The translations under genes and the position numbers were made by a program. Below the pieces are notes generated by a model, which had not been told where the DNA came from, ran no database searches, and saw nothing but the letters and a program-made list of their open reading frames with translations. Source: Macrostomum lignano (taxonomy: Eukaryota). Taken from it: 64,000 bases of DNA. Location: the NCBI GenBank assembly GCA_002269645.1, contig NIVC01000426.1, positions 372,001 to 436,000 of the forward strand, in the 5' to 3' direction. Positions 32,735-45,500 of the stretch are shown piece by piece; within the stretch, counting starts at the first letter, position 1, and the number at the start of each line of letters is the position of its first letter.

Positions 32735-33420
32735 GTTGTTGTTAAACGGGGGTGGGAAGCTGGGCTTACCCGCGGATCAGCCCTAAAGGGGGCTCTGCCG
32801 CTAGTGGGGCACTTACCAAGGGCACGGGGAATTCCGTGTACCCGAGTTACCCTCCTCGGAAGTCCGAGAACCAATTTAGTTGGGCCCTGACTAAGGCCAG
32901 GGGAGGCGAGGGACTTCAAACCTACGGTACCGCCAACCCAAAAAGTGGAATCAGGGACGGTGCTAGGACCGAGTCCACCCAGGCCACCCCCCCCCCCAGC
33001 AGACAAGTCCTCAGGAGTGCGCTTCAGAAATAGAATTTGAAACCGAAAAGTTTTGGATATGCTACTTAAAGCGGTCCGAGAGCGGGGATACCCCGAAGTC
33101 AACGGAAATGGCTTATCAATTGGAGTGAGTCTGGAAGGCTTGTTTCCGAGGGGGAGACTCCAGGCGGGAGGACCGGCCGCCTCTGTTGCTACCAACCCAA
33201 GGGTATCGCCTATCCAGCTCTAAACAGGGCCAGGCCAAGGGGGGGAGGGGCACAAGGAGCAAGAGGAAACCGGACTCAGCCGGTTTTCCCCGATTCGGGA
33301 CGAACTTCCTTCCCAGGACTCCAATCCACTGTCAGAGCCGAGACGCAAAAGCAGGGAGGCAACCAGAGGAGCCAGCAGATCGGGCAGGTGGGCAGAGCTC
33401 ATAACTCCGAAGAATTGGAT
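32735..33420 (-). mobile_element. Retroposed insertion (non-coding LINE 3' end or SINE-like) with (AAC)3 tail and 8-bp TSD TGTGATTT
   Basis: Direct repeat TGTGATTT at 32727..32734 and 33421..33428. GTTGTTGTT lies directly inside the left repeat. The insert is GC-rich and hairpin-dense in AT-rich surroundings, with no recognisable protein. Confidence 0.55.
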
Positions 33421-33573
33421 TGTGATTTCCTTGTTTTTCCTACAAACAAGCAAGATTTTCATTTTTAGTATATGGATGTAATATGACTTCACACGAAATC
33501 TTCATTTTTATTTACTGGTACAGTGTACATTTATCCCCTTTAGGACATACTAGCGATCGACATACTACTTAAG

Positions 33574-33751
33574 TTTAATTAATTGATTACACCTGCCCAA
33601 TTGGGCCGGATGTGCAACCGACAGCTCAGCCGCAGCTATTGCGCGGCGCATCTGAAGGCTGCGTACGGCTGTTCAGTCCAAGATTGGGTCGAGAATCGAA
33701 CCCCCAACCTTTCAGTCGTGAGTCCGACACTAAACACTAGGCTACACCCCC
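33574..33751 (-). mobile_element. tRNA-SINE copy 3, internally deleted (no CORE domain)
   Basis: The minus strand joins the tRNA head (…GGTTCGATTCTCGACCC) directly to the 3' part (…CTTGGACTGAACAGCCGTACGCAGCCTTCAGATGCGCCGCGCAATAGCTGCGG…). Confidence 0.78.
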
Positions 33752-34246
33752 GAAAACTACTATGAGTAGGCGGTAACTGACGATTGCGAAAAACGGAATT
33801 ACCATGTTTCGAAATCGGTTCTTAGCGCAGAAAACTGCGATTTTAAAACACAAAGTGCCGTAGAGTTTATTATCACTGTTTTAAATATGCTATTTTGATT
33901 TTTAAAATTCAATTATCAAGTGCAACACAACATCATCATGAAAGCTACATGGTACGCTTACGACCAAACGTAGGGCTAACAAAAACTTCGGTAACAAGAG
34001 AAACTCTGATGAGAGAGTAAAAATGCCAAGAGGAATGGGGCGCAGGGAGTCGCGTTACGCAATCTTGGAGACTGTTTTAGAATTTTTATATACTTAAGCG
34101 CGTACATAAAATAAAGTAGACGATTATGATAATTACAATAAAATATTACAGTAATATCTCCACATCGTTACCGCTACTAACAGTAGTCATTATAAGTTTC
34201 GCAGATTTTTAAGTCAAGAAGAGACTGCATGCCTCATCTCTCCAGT

Positions 34247-36690
34247 TCAATCAACCTCCTCCATCTTGGCGTCGTCGTCAGCGGCAGCCGAGTCGCCAGC
34301 AGTGGCTGGCATCGGCTGATCGACAGCTTCGGGTTCGTCGGCGGCGTCCTCAATGCCAAGGCCCAGCTTCACCATGCGATGGATGCGGCCGGCGTGGATC
34401 TGCGGATCGTCCAAGCTGAAGCCGGAGGCCAGCAGGGCGGTCTCGAACAGCAGGTGCACCAGATCCTTCACCGCCTTGTCGTTCTTGTCAGCCTCGAAGC
34501 GCAGCTTGAGAGCGGAGCAGATGGCGTGGTCAGGGTTGATCTCCAGGTGCTTCTTAGCCGCCATGTAGCCCATTGTGGAGTTGTCGCGCAGAGCCTGAAA
34601 TTGGTTTTGTTGGTAAAAATTCACGGTTATATCTTAATTGCTAAAACACCGATTTATCTGAAAACTACTAGCAGTAGTTTTAAGGACTAAAATTTGACAA
34701 AATAGATCGAGTTCACCTACCTGTGCCTTCATGATCCGCTCCATGTTGGCCGACCAGCCGAACTGCGAGGTGACGATGCAGCAAGGCGAGTCAACCAGCC
34801 GGTTGGACACGACCACCTTCTCGACCTTCTTGTCCAGGATGTCCTTCATAGCCTTGCACAGCGGCTCGAAGGCGGCCTTCTTTTCTTCGAACGCTTTCTT
34901 CTCGTCCTCGTCCTCGGGCAGCTCAAGGCCCTCCTTGGTGACGCAGACGAGCTTCTTGCCGTCGTACTCGCGCAACTGCTGCACAGCGTACTCGTCGATT
35001 GGGTCAGTCATGTACAGCACCTCCAGGCCGCGCTTTCGCAGTCTCTCAACAAATGCGGAGTGAGAGACGGCCTCCCGGCTCTCGCCGGTGATGTAGTAGA
35101 TGTCCTTCTGGTTCTCCTTCATGCGGCTGACGTACTCCTTCAGGCTGGTCCAGTCGTCGCCGGAGTTGGTAGAGTAGTAGCGCAGGTAGTCGGCCAGCTT
35201 CTTGCGGTTGGTGCTGTCCTCGTGGATGCCCAGCTTCAGGTTCTTGCCAAACTGCTCGTAGAACTTCTTGAAGTTCTCCTTGTCCTCGGCGATGTCGTCG
35301 AACAGTTCCAGGCACTTCTTCACGAGATTCTTTCGAATGACCTTGAGGATTTTGTTCTGCTGCAGCATCTCACGGCTGATGTTGAGCGGCAGGTCTTCGC
35401 TGTCCACTACGCCCTTGATGAAGTTGAGGTACTCGGGGATCAGGTCCTCGCAGTTGTCCATGATGAAGACCCGTCGCACGTACAGCTTGATGTTATTACG
35501 CTTCTTCCGGTTCTCGAACAGGTCGAACGGCGCCCGCTTCGGGACAAAAAGCAGGGCGCGAAACTCGAGCTGGCCCTCAACGCTGAAGTGCTTCACGGCC
35601 AGGTGCTCCTCCCAGTCGTTGCTGAGCGACTTGTAAAACTCGCCGTACTCCTCCTGGGTGATGTCCTCGTGGTTGCGGGTCCAGATTGGCTTCGTCTTGT
35701 TCAGCTCCTCCTCGTCGATGTACTTCTCCTTGACAGTCTTCTTCTTTTTCTTCTTCTTGTCCTTCTCCGAGTCGCTGCCTTCGTCGTCGCTGCTTTCGTC
35801 GTCCTCGATCTTCGGCTTGTCGGTCTCGTCGGACTTCTCGTCGGCCGGCTTCTCGGAGTCTTCGTCCATCTTCTCAGGCTTTGAGTCCTCCTCAACTTCG
35901 GCTTCATCGTCTTCAATCTGGAAATGAAGGAATGTTACCGACAGGTGAGATCATTGAACGATTAACAGGATGCCGACACACTAATTAATTGTCTCTTGAC
36001 TGATCAACTTACCTCCTTATCGCGCTCCTTCTCGAGCACCAGCTTGATAGGATAGCCGATAAACTGGGAGTGCTTCTTGATGATCTCCTTGATCTTGCGC
36101 TCCTCCAGGTACTCGGTCTGGTCCTCCTTCATGTGCAGGACAATCTTGGTGCCGCGACCAATGGGTTCGCCAGTGTCGGGCCGGACGGTGAAGCTGCCGC
36201 CGGCGGAGGACTCCCAGGCGTACTGCTCGTCGTCGTTGTGCTTGGAGTAGACCTCAACCTTGTCGGCCACCAGGTAGGCCGAGTAGAAGCCAACGCCGAA
36301 CTGGCCGATCATGCTGATGTCAGCGCCCGCCTGCAGCGCCTCCATGAACGCCTTGGTGCCAGATCTGGCGATGGTGCCCAGATTGTTAACTAGATCAGCT
36401 TTAGTCATGCCGACTCCGGTGTCAACGATGGTCAGGGTGTTGTTAGCCTTGTTGGGGATCACCTTGATGTACAGCTCTCGGCCGGTGTCCAGCACGGACT
36501 GATCCGTCAGGCTTCTGTACCGAATTTTGTCCAAGGCGTCGCTGGCATTCGAGATCAACTCGCGGAGGAAGATCTCCTTGTTCGAGTAGAAGGTGTTAAT
36601 AATTAAGCTCATCAGCTGAGCGATCTCAGCCTGAAAAGCAAAAGTCTCCACCTCCTGCTGCTGGTTGATTTCGACCTCGTTGATAGTCAT
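34247..36690 (-). CDS. HSP90: Cytosolic heat shock protein 90 (Hsp83/HSP90A), 740 aa; exons 36690..36013, 35917..34721, 34594..34247
   Basis: [54 protein letters not shown], the charged linker and a C-terminal MEEVD. Both introns are phase-0 GT-AG. Confidence 0.98.
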
Positions 36691-36850
36691 TCTTGGCTTG
36701 CAGGATTTGCGGCTGTGCTGTGATAGCGATGCGAGACGGAAGCGATGCGAGAATAGCAGAAAAAGTCTGCTTGTTGCTAGGCGTCAAGCTTGTAAAGGAG
36801 CTTGTATTGCTTTAGCAAAGCTTGGAAAACTGCCGCCTCGCGCGGGTTTG

Positions 36851-37093
36851 TTTTATAGACGCCAGAATGGATTCCCCTACTTTTCTAGAATGTTCTGGAT
36901 TTCAGTTCTCGGGGATTCCCTCGCGCGAGAGCTATTTTTAGAACCCAATGCCCTATCGTGCGCTGTGGAACTGTACATTCTAACCCTAGCGGGGAAGGCC
37001 GCAGAAAATTCTAGAAGAATGTGTGATGACTCTGTTCTAGAATTTTCTTTCTATTTTGGAGGTTTTCTGGCTTGCAGAAGATTCGAGAAATTC
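36851..37093 (-). promoter_or_regulatory. Hsp90 promoter: TATA box plus four tripartite heat-shock elements
   Basis: TATAAAA on the minus strand at 36857..36851. nTTCnnGAAnnTTCn / nGAAnnTTCnnGAAn arrays at 36883..36895, 37004..37016, 37035..37047 and 37077..37089. Confidence 0.88.
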
Positions 37094-37529
37094 GGCATCT
37101 AAACATTCTTTTAATCTGTGCTTTGCTTTTCAATCAGATCTGTAATTAGCAAAATATTTGGCAATATTGAAATGGGAACTTAGAAAATCCATTTGACTGT
37201 CACAATTCACTTCCGCCAGACTCAGTAGACAGACAGTACAGATTCACAGAACTTCTGAATATTTGCAAAGATCTGATGAAATAAAGTGAAGCACAGTAAC
37301 ACTTCAAATTGAATTGTATGGTGCAAAATCGAAACAATAGTTAAAGCATTGCCGTGCATTTTAAGCAAACTTGAAATTGTCATCACTCATCCGCCTCAAA
37401 GATAAGCTATTTCCTTATGATAATTACTGTATTATATTCTGACTCTAATACAGGCCGGGTTAATACAGGAATTTACGTTTTTGAAGACGATGAGAAATCG
37501 CTAGCTTATAGTTTTGCTTTGAGATGGCG

Positions 37530-37960
37530 TCATTTGACTGTCAGATGACATTAGACTGCCAGTGACATTTGAGTGGCAGTAACATTTCATTGACAGTGAT
37601 ATTTGACTGTCAGTGACACCTGACTGTCAGTGACACTTGACTGCCAGTGACACCTGACTATCAGTGACACTTGACTGCCAGTGACATTTGACTGTCAGTG
37701 ACATTTGACTGTCAGTGACCAGTGACATTTGACTGCCAGTGACACCTGACTGTCAGTGACACTTGACTGCCAGTGACATTTGACTGTCAGTGACACTTGA
37801 CTGCCAGTGACATTTGACTGTCAGTGACCAGTGACATTTGACTGCCAGTGACACGTGACTGTCTGTGAAATGTGATTGGCAGTAATATTTGTCTGCCTGT
37901 GATATTTGTTGACTGCCAGTGACATTTGACTGTCAGTGACATTTTACTGCCGGCAATTTG
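37530..37960 (+). repeat. 16-17-bp tandem repeat (CAGTGACATTTGACTGT)
   Basis: Direct observation; the monomer is partly self-complementary. Confidence 0.9.
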
Positions 37961-38448
37961 ACTGTCGACTATTTAGGTTTAGATTTGGACAATTCATATC
38001 ACATATTGAGTTATGGTGTGTTTTGTTTAAGGTCGGCCGTCAGAGAAAAATTGCGGCAGTCAATTTTCGTAGATTGCCATGCCCATAACGCCAGTGAGCT
38101 TTACATGCATAGACAGTTGTTTTGCTTACTATTATATATTATATATTATAAAGTTTAGGCACAGAGATGAGGTATGGGAGAAAATGAAAATGAAGATGAG
38201 AGGGGAGGGGAGGAGAGAGGAGAGCTGAGAAGAAGTACTAATCAGGCCAGGATGCTATTGTAGGGATTGCAATCCCGGGTTTATTCTAATTTAAATTTTG
38301 ATATATGATTTGCTTCTTTACTATTAATTAGTACTTTTATACTACTTACTTAAATACGTCACTAGATAATGCTGTTTTTCATCTCCAAATAGATAATTAA
38401 CTCTATAACAATCAAAAATGCAAGCAAAAAAACTTTAGCGCATATTTT

Positions 38449-38704
38449 GCCTTGTGATTAGAGGGTCGGACTGATGACTGAAAGGTCTGGGGTTCGATTC
38501 TCGACCCACTCGGAACAATTTGTGTCCTTGAGCAAGACACTTAACTCTGCATTGCTTCCAGTTCAACCAGCTGTAAAAAGAGTGTCAACATTAGCTGGGG
38601 CAATTGAGGGTGTGTGGCGACCCCCCCCCAGACTTTGGACTGAACAACCGTATAATAGCTGCGGCTGAGCTGTCGGTTGTAGTCAATTATTATTATATTA
38701 TTAT
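38449..38704 (+). mobile_element. tRNA-derived CORE-type SINE, copy 4 (slightly 5'-eroded)
   Basis: B box GGTTCGATTCTC, CORE GTGTCCTTGAGCAAGACACTTAAC...CTGTAAAAAG, shared 3' region and (TAT)n tail. Confidence 0.8.
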
Positions 38705-39561
38705 CGCAACTCGAGTAAACTATGAGGGTTTTAGTGTCTGCGGCCAGATGCACAAGTTATTAATTACAGTGCTAAGGGATCCTGGGATCTTAGATAAATA
38801 ACGAATATTAACATTAATAAAGACATAAAATCTTCAAATGATTAGATGCAAACATAACAAACGACTTTACTATCATCGGTGGTGTTAGATAAGAAAAGCA
38901 CACACATATAACTGGTATATATGTGGCATTACTTCAGCATTGGGTTCTGGTTTATTATTTTGTACGATAGTTAATATATTGATTTTGCTGTTCTTCTTCG
39001 CTTTATATAGCTACTATGAGTAGAGCATTAGCGTTATTGAAACGGAAATACATACATACATAGTTGAGAGTGGCAGGGGATATATTTAGCTTAGTTAATA
39101 AATAGTTATATAGCACATCAGAGCAAGGAAACTGCTGTGTTTTATTTCAATTTTCGGCTGCCAAAGAAAACAAACAGACAGTTGCAAGTTGTGTCTTTTT
39201 TCGATCAATCGGCGGAGGAGGAGGTGGTGAGCGACGGCGGCGGCAACAGTGAAAGCAGCAGAGCAGCAACAGCTAGAAGACGACCGAAGGAAAGAAGAAA
39301 CCGGATATTTCATGTGCGGCCAGGCGCATAGATTAAAACAAATTAAGCAGCACAAGAGTTGTTGATGCATTTCTGATCCTGTCTGGTTCTAAGCAGTCTG
39401 AGTCAGCTACATTAGTCGAATAGAAGTTCGGGTTTGAAATTTTATAAGCTAAAAAATTGCTACGGAAACGGCATACAAAAATTTGATGGGCGAGGAGGTG
39501 GGGCCATTTCAATTGTTAATCTCCCTTGGGATCTAAGTCAGGCTGTTGATCCCCTTCAAAT

Positions 39562-42500
39562 TCAGAGCATATCATCGCTCCACTGGAACGGCTCCGGCGG
39601 CGGCGGCTCCGGCAGGTCGTCCTCTTTTGAGTTCGCCGAAGTTGGGCCGTGCGCCTTCACGGTTGGCACCAGGGACTCCTTCTCGTCTGGCCGACGGTCG
39701 CGCAGCATTATAATGCCGCCAATGGTGACGCTCTTCACCGGCTGGTAGCGGCCGCCTTCAAGCGTCACGAGACGCTGCTGGGCTCGCATAACCCGGCACG
39801 GATTGGACAGCAGGCTAAAGTTTGGCTCGGGCCCGGGCTTGTCCGTTGAGGTGCCAGTAGAAACTGTGGCGGGCTTATCAGTCAGGGTTCCCTGGCTCTT
39901 CGAAGCCGGCGCCGGCTCCTTTGTTGACGTCTCAGTTGAGGCGGCGGCGGCGGGGGCGGCAGCGGCTGTGGTGGCACTGGAAGTCTCGCTACTGGCTGGA
40001 GTCTCCTTGCCCTCCGGGATTGACGGAACTGGAGCGGCGGCGGGGCCAGAAGCCGAAGTTGCAGTCGCAGCAGCCGCAGTTGTGGAGCCGCCCGGCTGAT
40101 GAGCCGTAGCTGCCGCTGTTTTCTTCTTCTCCTGCTCCTTGCGCTTCTGCTTGGCCGTGATGCTGAGCACGGCGGTCTCGACTTTTTCTTTCTTCTTCTC
40201 CACCTGGGTCACTGAATATGGCAAAGGGAATTGCGCGATAGATTTTTAAACTGTGGCCCAACGCATTCACTACCTATAAGCCAATCCCTGAACTCAACAC
40301 ACACCTGTAAACCAATCCCTGAACTCAACACACACCTGTAAACCAATCCCTGAACTCAACACACACCTGTGAACCAATCCCTGAACTCAACACACACCTG
40401 TAAACCCATCCCTGAACTCAACACACACCTGTAAACCAATCCCTGAACTCAACACACACCTGTAAACCAATCCCTGAACTCAACACACACCTGTGAACCA
40501 ATCCCTGAACTCAACACACACCTGTAAACCCATCCCTGAACTCAACACACACCTGTAAACCAATCCCTGAACTCAACACACACCTGTAAACCAATCCCTG
40601 AACTCAACACACACCTGTAAACCAATCCCTGAACCCAACACACACCTGTAAACCAATCCCTGAACCCAACACACACCTGTAAACCAATCCCTGAACCCAA
40701 CACACACCTGTAAACCAATCCCTGAACCCAACACACACACCTGTAAACCAATCTCTGAACCCAACACACACCTGTAAACCAATCCCTGAACTCAACACAC
40801 ACCTGTAAACCAATCCCTGAACTCAACACACCTATAAACCAATCCCTGAACTCAACACACCTATAAACCAATCCCTGAACTCAACACACCTATAAACCAA
40901 TCCCTGAACTCAACACACCTATAAACCAATCCCTGAACTCAACACACCTATAAACCAATCCCTGAACTCAACACACACCTATAAACCAATCCCTGAACTC
41001 AACACACACCTATAAACCAATCCCTGAACTCAACACACCTATAAACCAATCCCTGAACTCAACACACCTATAAACCAATCCCTGAACTCAACACACACCT
41101 ATAAACCAATCCCTGAACTCAACACACCTATAAACCAATCCCTGAACTCAACACACCTATAAACCCATCCCTGAACTCAACACACCTATAAACCAATCCC
41201 TGAACTCAACACACCTATAAACCAATCCCTGAACTCAACACACCTATAAACCAATCCCTGAACTCAACACACCTATAAACCCATCCCTGAACTCAACACA
41301 CCTATAAACCAATCTCTGAACTCAACACACCTATAAACCCATCCCTGAACTCAACACACACCTATAAACCAATCCCTGAACTCAACACACCTATAAACCC
41401 ATCCCTGAACTCAACACACCTATAAACCCATCCCTGAACTCAACACACCTATAAACCCATCCCTGAACTCAACACACACCTATAAACCAATCTCTGAACT
41501 CAACACACACCTGTAAACCAATCCCTGAACTCAACACACACCTGTAAACCAATCCCTGAACCCAACACACACCTGTAAACCAATCCCTGAACCCAACACA
41601 CACCTGTAAACCAATCCCTGAACCCAACACACACCTGTAAACCAATCCCTGAACCCAACACACACACCTGTAAACCAATCTCTGAACCCAACACACACCT
41701 GTAAACCAATCCCTGAACTCAACACACACCTGTAAACCAATCCCTGAACTCAACACACCTATAAACCAATCCCTGAACTCAACACACCTATAAACCAATC
41801 CCTGAACTCAACACACCTATAAACCAATCCCTGAACTCAACACACCTATAAACCAATCCCTGAACTCAACACACCTATAAACCAATCCCTGAACTCAACA
41901 CACACCTATAAACCAATCCCTGAACTCAACACACACCTATAAACCAATCCCTGAACTCAACACACCTATAAACCAATCCCTGAACTCAACACACCTATAA
42001 ACCAATCCCTGAACTCAACACACCTATAAACCAATCCCTGAACTCAACACACCTATAAACCAATCCCTGAACTCAACACACCTATAAACCCATCCCTGAA
42101 CTCAACACACCTATAAACCAATCCCTGAACTCAACACACCTATAAACCAATCCCTGAACTCAACACACCTATAAACCAATCCCTGAACTCAACACACCTA
42201 TAAACCCATCCCTGAACTCAACACACCTATAAACCAATCTCTGAACTCAACACACCTATAAACCCATCCCTGAACTCAACACACACCTATAAACCAATCC
42301 CTGAACTCAACACACCTATAAACCCATCCCTGAACTCAACACACCTATAAACCCATCCCTGAACTCAACACACCTATAAACCCATCCCTGAACTCAACAC
42401 ACACCTATAAACCAATCTCTGAACTCAACACACACCTGTAAACCAATCCCTATACTCAACACACACCTGTAAACCCATCCCTGAACTCAACACACACCTG

Positions 42501-45500
42501 TAAACCAATCCCTGAACTCAACACACACCTGTAAACCCATCCCTGAACTCAACACACACCCGAGAAACAAATCCCTGAAACCAAGACCCCTTAAAACCGA
42601 ATCTAAAATACGCGTAACTTTTATCTTAAAATTAATTAGTTCAAAAACTGACCCAGAGGCGGCGGATAATCGAAGGTGCTGGGCTTAGCATTGGAGCGGA
42701 ACTGAACCTGCGGCATTTCCAATGCCTTATTTAGCCCAATCAGGCTGGTAGGCGTGAAGGCCAGGCAGAGGAAATGCGTCAAAGGATACCAGTACCAGAA
42801 CTGCTGGAACACCAGGACGCCAACAGCGGCGGCCATGTTAGACTGGCCAGTCCGGGTCTGCAGGCTGATGGTGACATTGCGACCTCCGGCATCAACAATG
42901 CCAAGGCCGAGAATGGCGCCATGCTTAGCCATCACGTCTTCGTGCTTGTCGGCCACTACTTTTAGGCAGAGTTCGCGAAATTCGCCAGCCTTCGGACTGT
43001 TGACACCGTTCTGTTGGATTAGCACCATGCCCAGCGCGATTAGGGCGCCTTGGCGGACAAAGTGCACAGCGTCCTGCGTCATGGGATCAAGGATGTTGAT
43101 AGCCTCCTTGAGCGCGGTGCCGGCGCAAGCGATGCCCAGAGCCATGGCGGCGCCGTAGCGAACGTGCGGGTTGAATGATTCGGCTAGGAGGGACACGAGG
43201 TCCGGCACCTGAGTGGGGAGAGTGAGGCATTAATATCTAAAGTAGGCTACTCATAGTAGAATGAGTCGGACAGTGCTAAATATATGTTAATATTGAAAAT
43301 CTAAGGGTCTAAATAGACTTCTTAGCGCCACATCGGCCTCTATTTTTCTAAAGCGCCTACTTCTATTGTGGCTTCTAGGGCGCCAAATCGGCCTGTTGGG
43401 ATCTAGGGCACCAAAATAACCTTTTGGGATGGGATCTAAGGCGCCGAATTGGTCTAGGGGTCTAGGGCGCCGAATTGATCTAGGGGTCTAGGGCGCCGAA
43501 TTGGTCTGTTTGAATGGGATCTAGGGCGCCGAATTGGCCTGTTTGAATGGAATCTAGGGCGCCGAATTAGCCTGTTGGGATCTAGGGCGCCGAGTTGATC
43601 TAAGGGGTCTAGGAGGCCAAATTGGCCTGTTTAAATGGAATCTAGGGCGCCGAATTAGCCTGTTTGAATGGGATCTAGGGCGCCGAATTGGCCTGTTTGA
43701 ATGGGATCTAGGGCGCCGAATTGGCCTGTTTGAATGGGATCTAGGGCGCCGAATTAGCCTGTTGGGATCTAGGGCGCCGAATTGGCCTGTTTGAATGGGA
43801 TCTAGGGCGCCGAATTAGCCTGTTGGGATCTAGGGCGCCGAATTAGCCTGTTGGGATCTAGGGCGCCGAGTTGATCTAAGGGGTCTAGGAGGCCAAATTG
43901 GCCTGTTTAAATGGAATCTAGGGCGCCGAATTAGCCTGTTAGGATCTAGGGCGCCAAATTGGCTTGAAAGTTCTAGGGCGGCGAATCGGCCAGTGTGGTC
44001 TAGGAAGCCTAATGGATCCAATGGGTCTGGGGCGCTATCTTGGCCTGAGGGTTTCTAATTTCTCACAAAATAGGAAAATCCGGTCTTTAGGACTCTTTAA
44101 AAGAGTTCAGATGCACAAAATTGTCTATTGACTGACCTGTTCGGGCGATTTAAACAGCACAAAGCCGATGCTAAGCACGGCGGCCCGGCGAACATCGTCG
44201 CTAGTATCGGTGACGGCGTAGTGCAACAGGCGCCGGACAGCAGAATTCGAGCCCGAGCCGCAGTAGGCCATAGCAACAGTGTACACGCCGCTCCATCGCA
44301 GTATGGGATCTTTATCCTCTAGCAGGCTCTGGGCCAGCAGGTCGGCCTCCTCCAGCCGGCCGTACATAGTCAGAGCTACGCCAACAGCCAGGCCTCGGAT
44401 AATTTTATCGTGCTGAGTCTCCTTAGCGTAGGAGACCATGTCTTTAACGGCGGCCGAGCTGCTCGAGCCCAGCATTACTAGGCCCATAGCTAAGCCGGCC
44501 GCTTCGCCAACAATAGCATCGTCCTGGTATAGGCTCAGCTTAATAGCCTCGTAAACATCCTGCCTAGCCGTGCCCATAGCGGCCAGGCCCAGGCCCAGAC
44601 AGGCGCCGTGCCTGACTGGTTCAGCGGTGGCTCCGGACAGCTGCTGCAGAAGATAATCGGTCACAGCCGAGCCGTGATTGGCGTGGATCAGGCCCAGTGC
44701 ATATAGGCCGCCGCCCTCCGAATAGGCCGTGGTGCCGGCGCTATTCCTAGGCAGATAGGCGGCCATCAGACGAAGCGACTCGGTCTCGTGGCCCCGATGG
44801 ATACAGCCTAGGCTGGCCGTGGCGGCAAACTTAGCCCAGTTAGTTGCCCGGCCAAGCCACTCCAGATTGTCGCGCAGAAACTGATCGCTAGTGGTGCCGG
44901 CGTGCATGAAGCCGTTAGCGGTCACTGTGGCCGAGTGAGTGATGGAATTGCGCACAGATTCGCGCAGCCGGTCTAGGTAGCGCGCATCGGCTCGGTTATT
45001 ACGGATTAGAAATTGCAGGTGCAGTTGGATTACCTGCAAAGTTATCCAAGTAACAAATACTGACAATGAAACAAACTCAAGTCTACGAAGTTTGCCCGAT
45101 GACATTTGAAAGTCAGACATCTAACATCTAAAACGTCAGCCAGCTAGACGTTTGCCAGCTAGATGTTTGCCAGCTAGATGTTTGCCAGCTAGATGTTTGC
45201 CAGCTAGATGTTTGCCAGCTAACATTTGCCAGCTAGATATTTGCTTTTGCAAGCCAATTGCCAACCAACATAAGTAAAGAGCCAAACTATTGTAATAGAA
45301 AATCCAGCAAAAACGTCTTAACTAATCTAACTAGTAACTACTGATGTTTCCCTCAGCTAAGTAGTGCAACAGCAAGTCTACGTTAAGCTTAGTACACCTC
45401 CTTTATTTAAGAATTAATAGAACACAAAACCCTTCAGTTCCTACCTTCTCTCCCGATAGAATAGTCAACAATCTGGCGAATCTCTCTTTGGCAGCCTCGT

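Noticed and set aside
32845-32870. ACCTCCTCG resembles the L3 loop of HDV-like ribozymes found at R2 5' ends
   Set aside because: I could not find a P3 closing strand (GGT) or a P1/P2 nested pseudoknot, and the tail/TSD polarity points to a 3' end on the minus strand.
34731-36393. Long + strand ORFs opposite Hsp90 (and similar ones opposite PSMD1 and the retroelements)
   Set aside because: Antisense shadows caused by GC3-rich codon usage.
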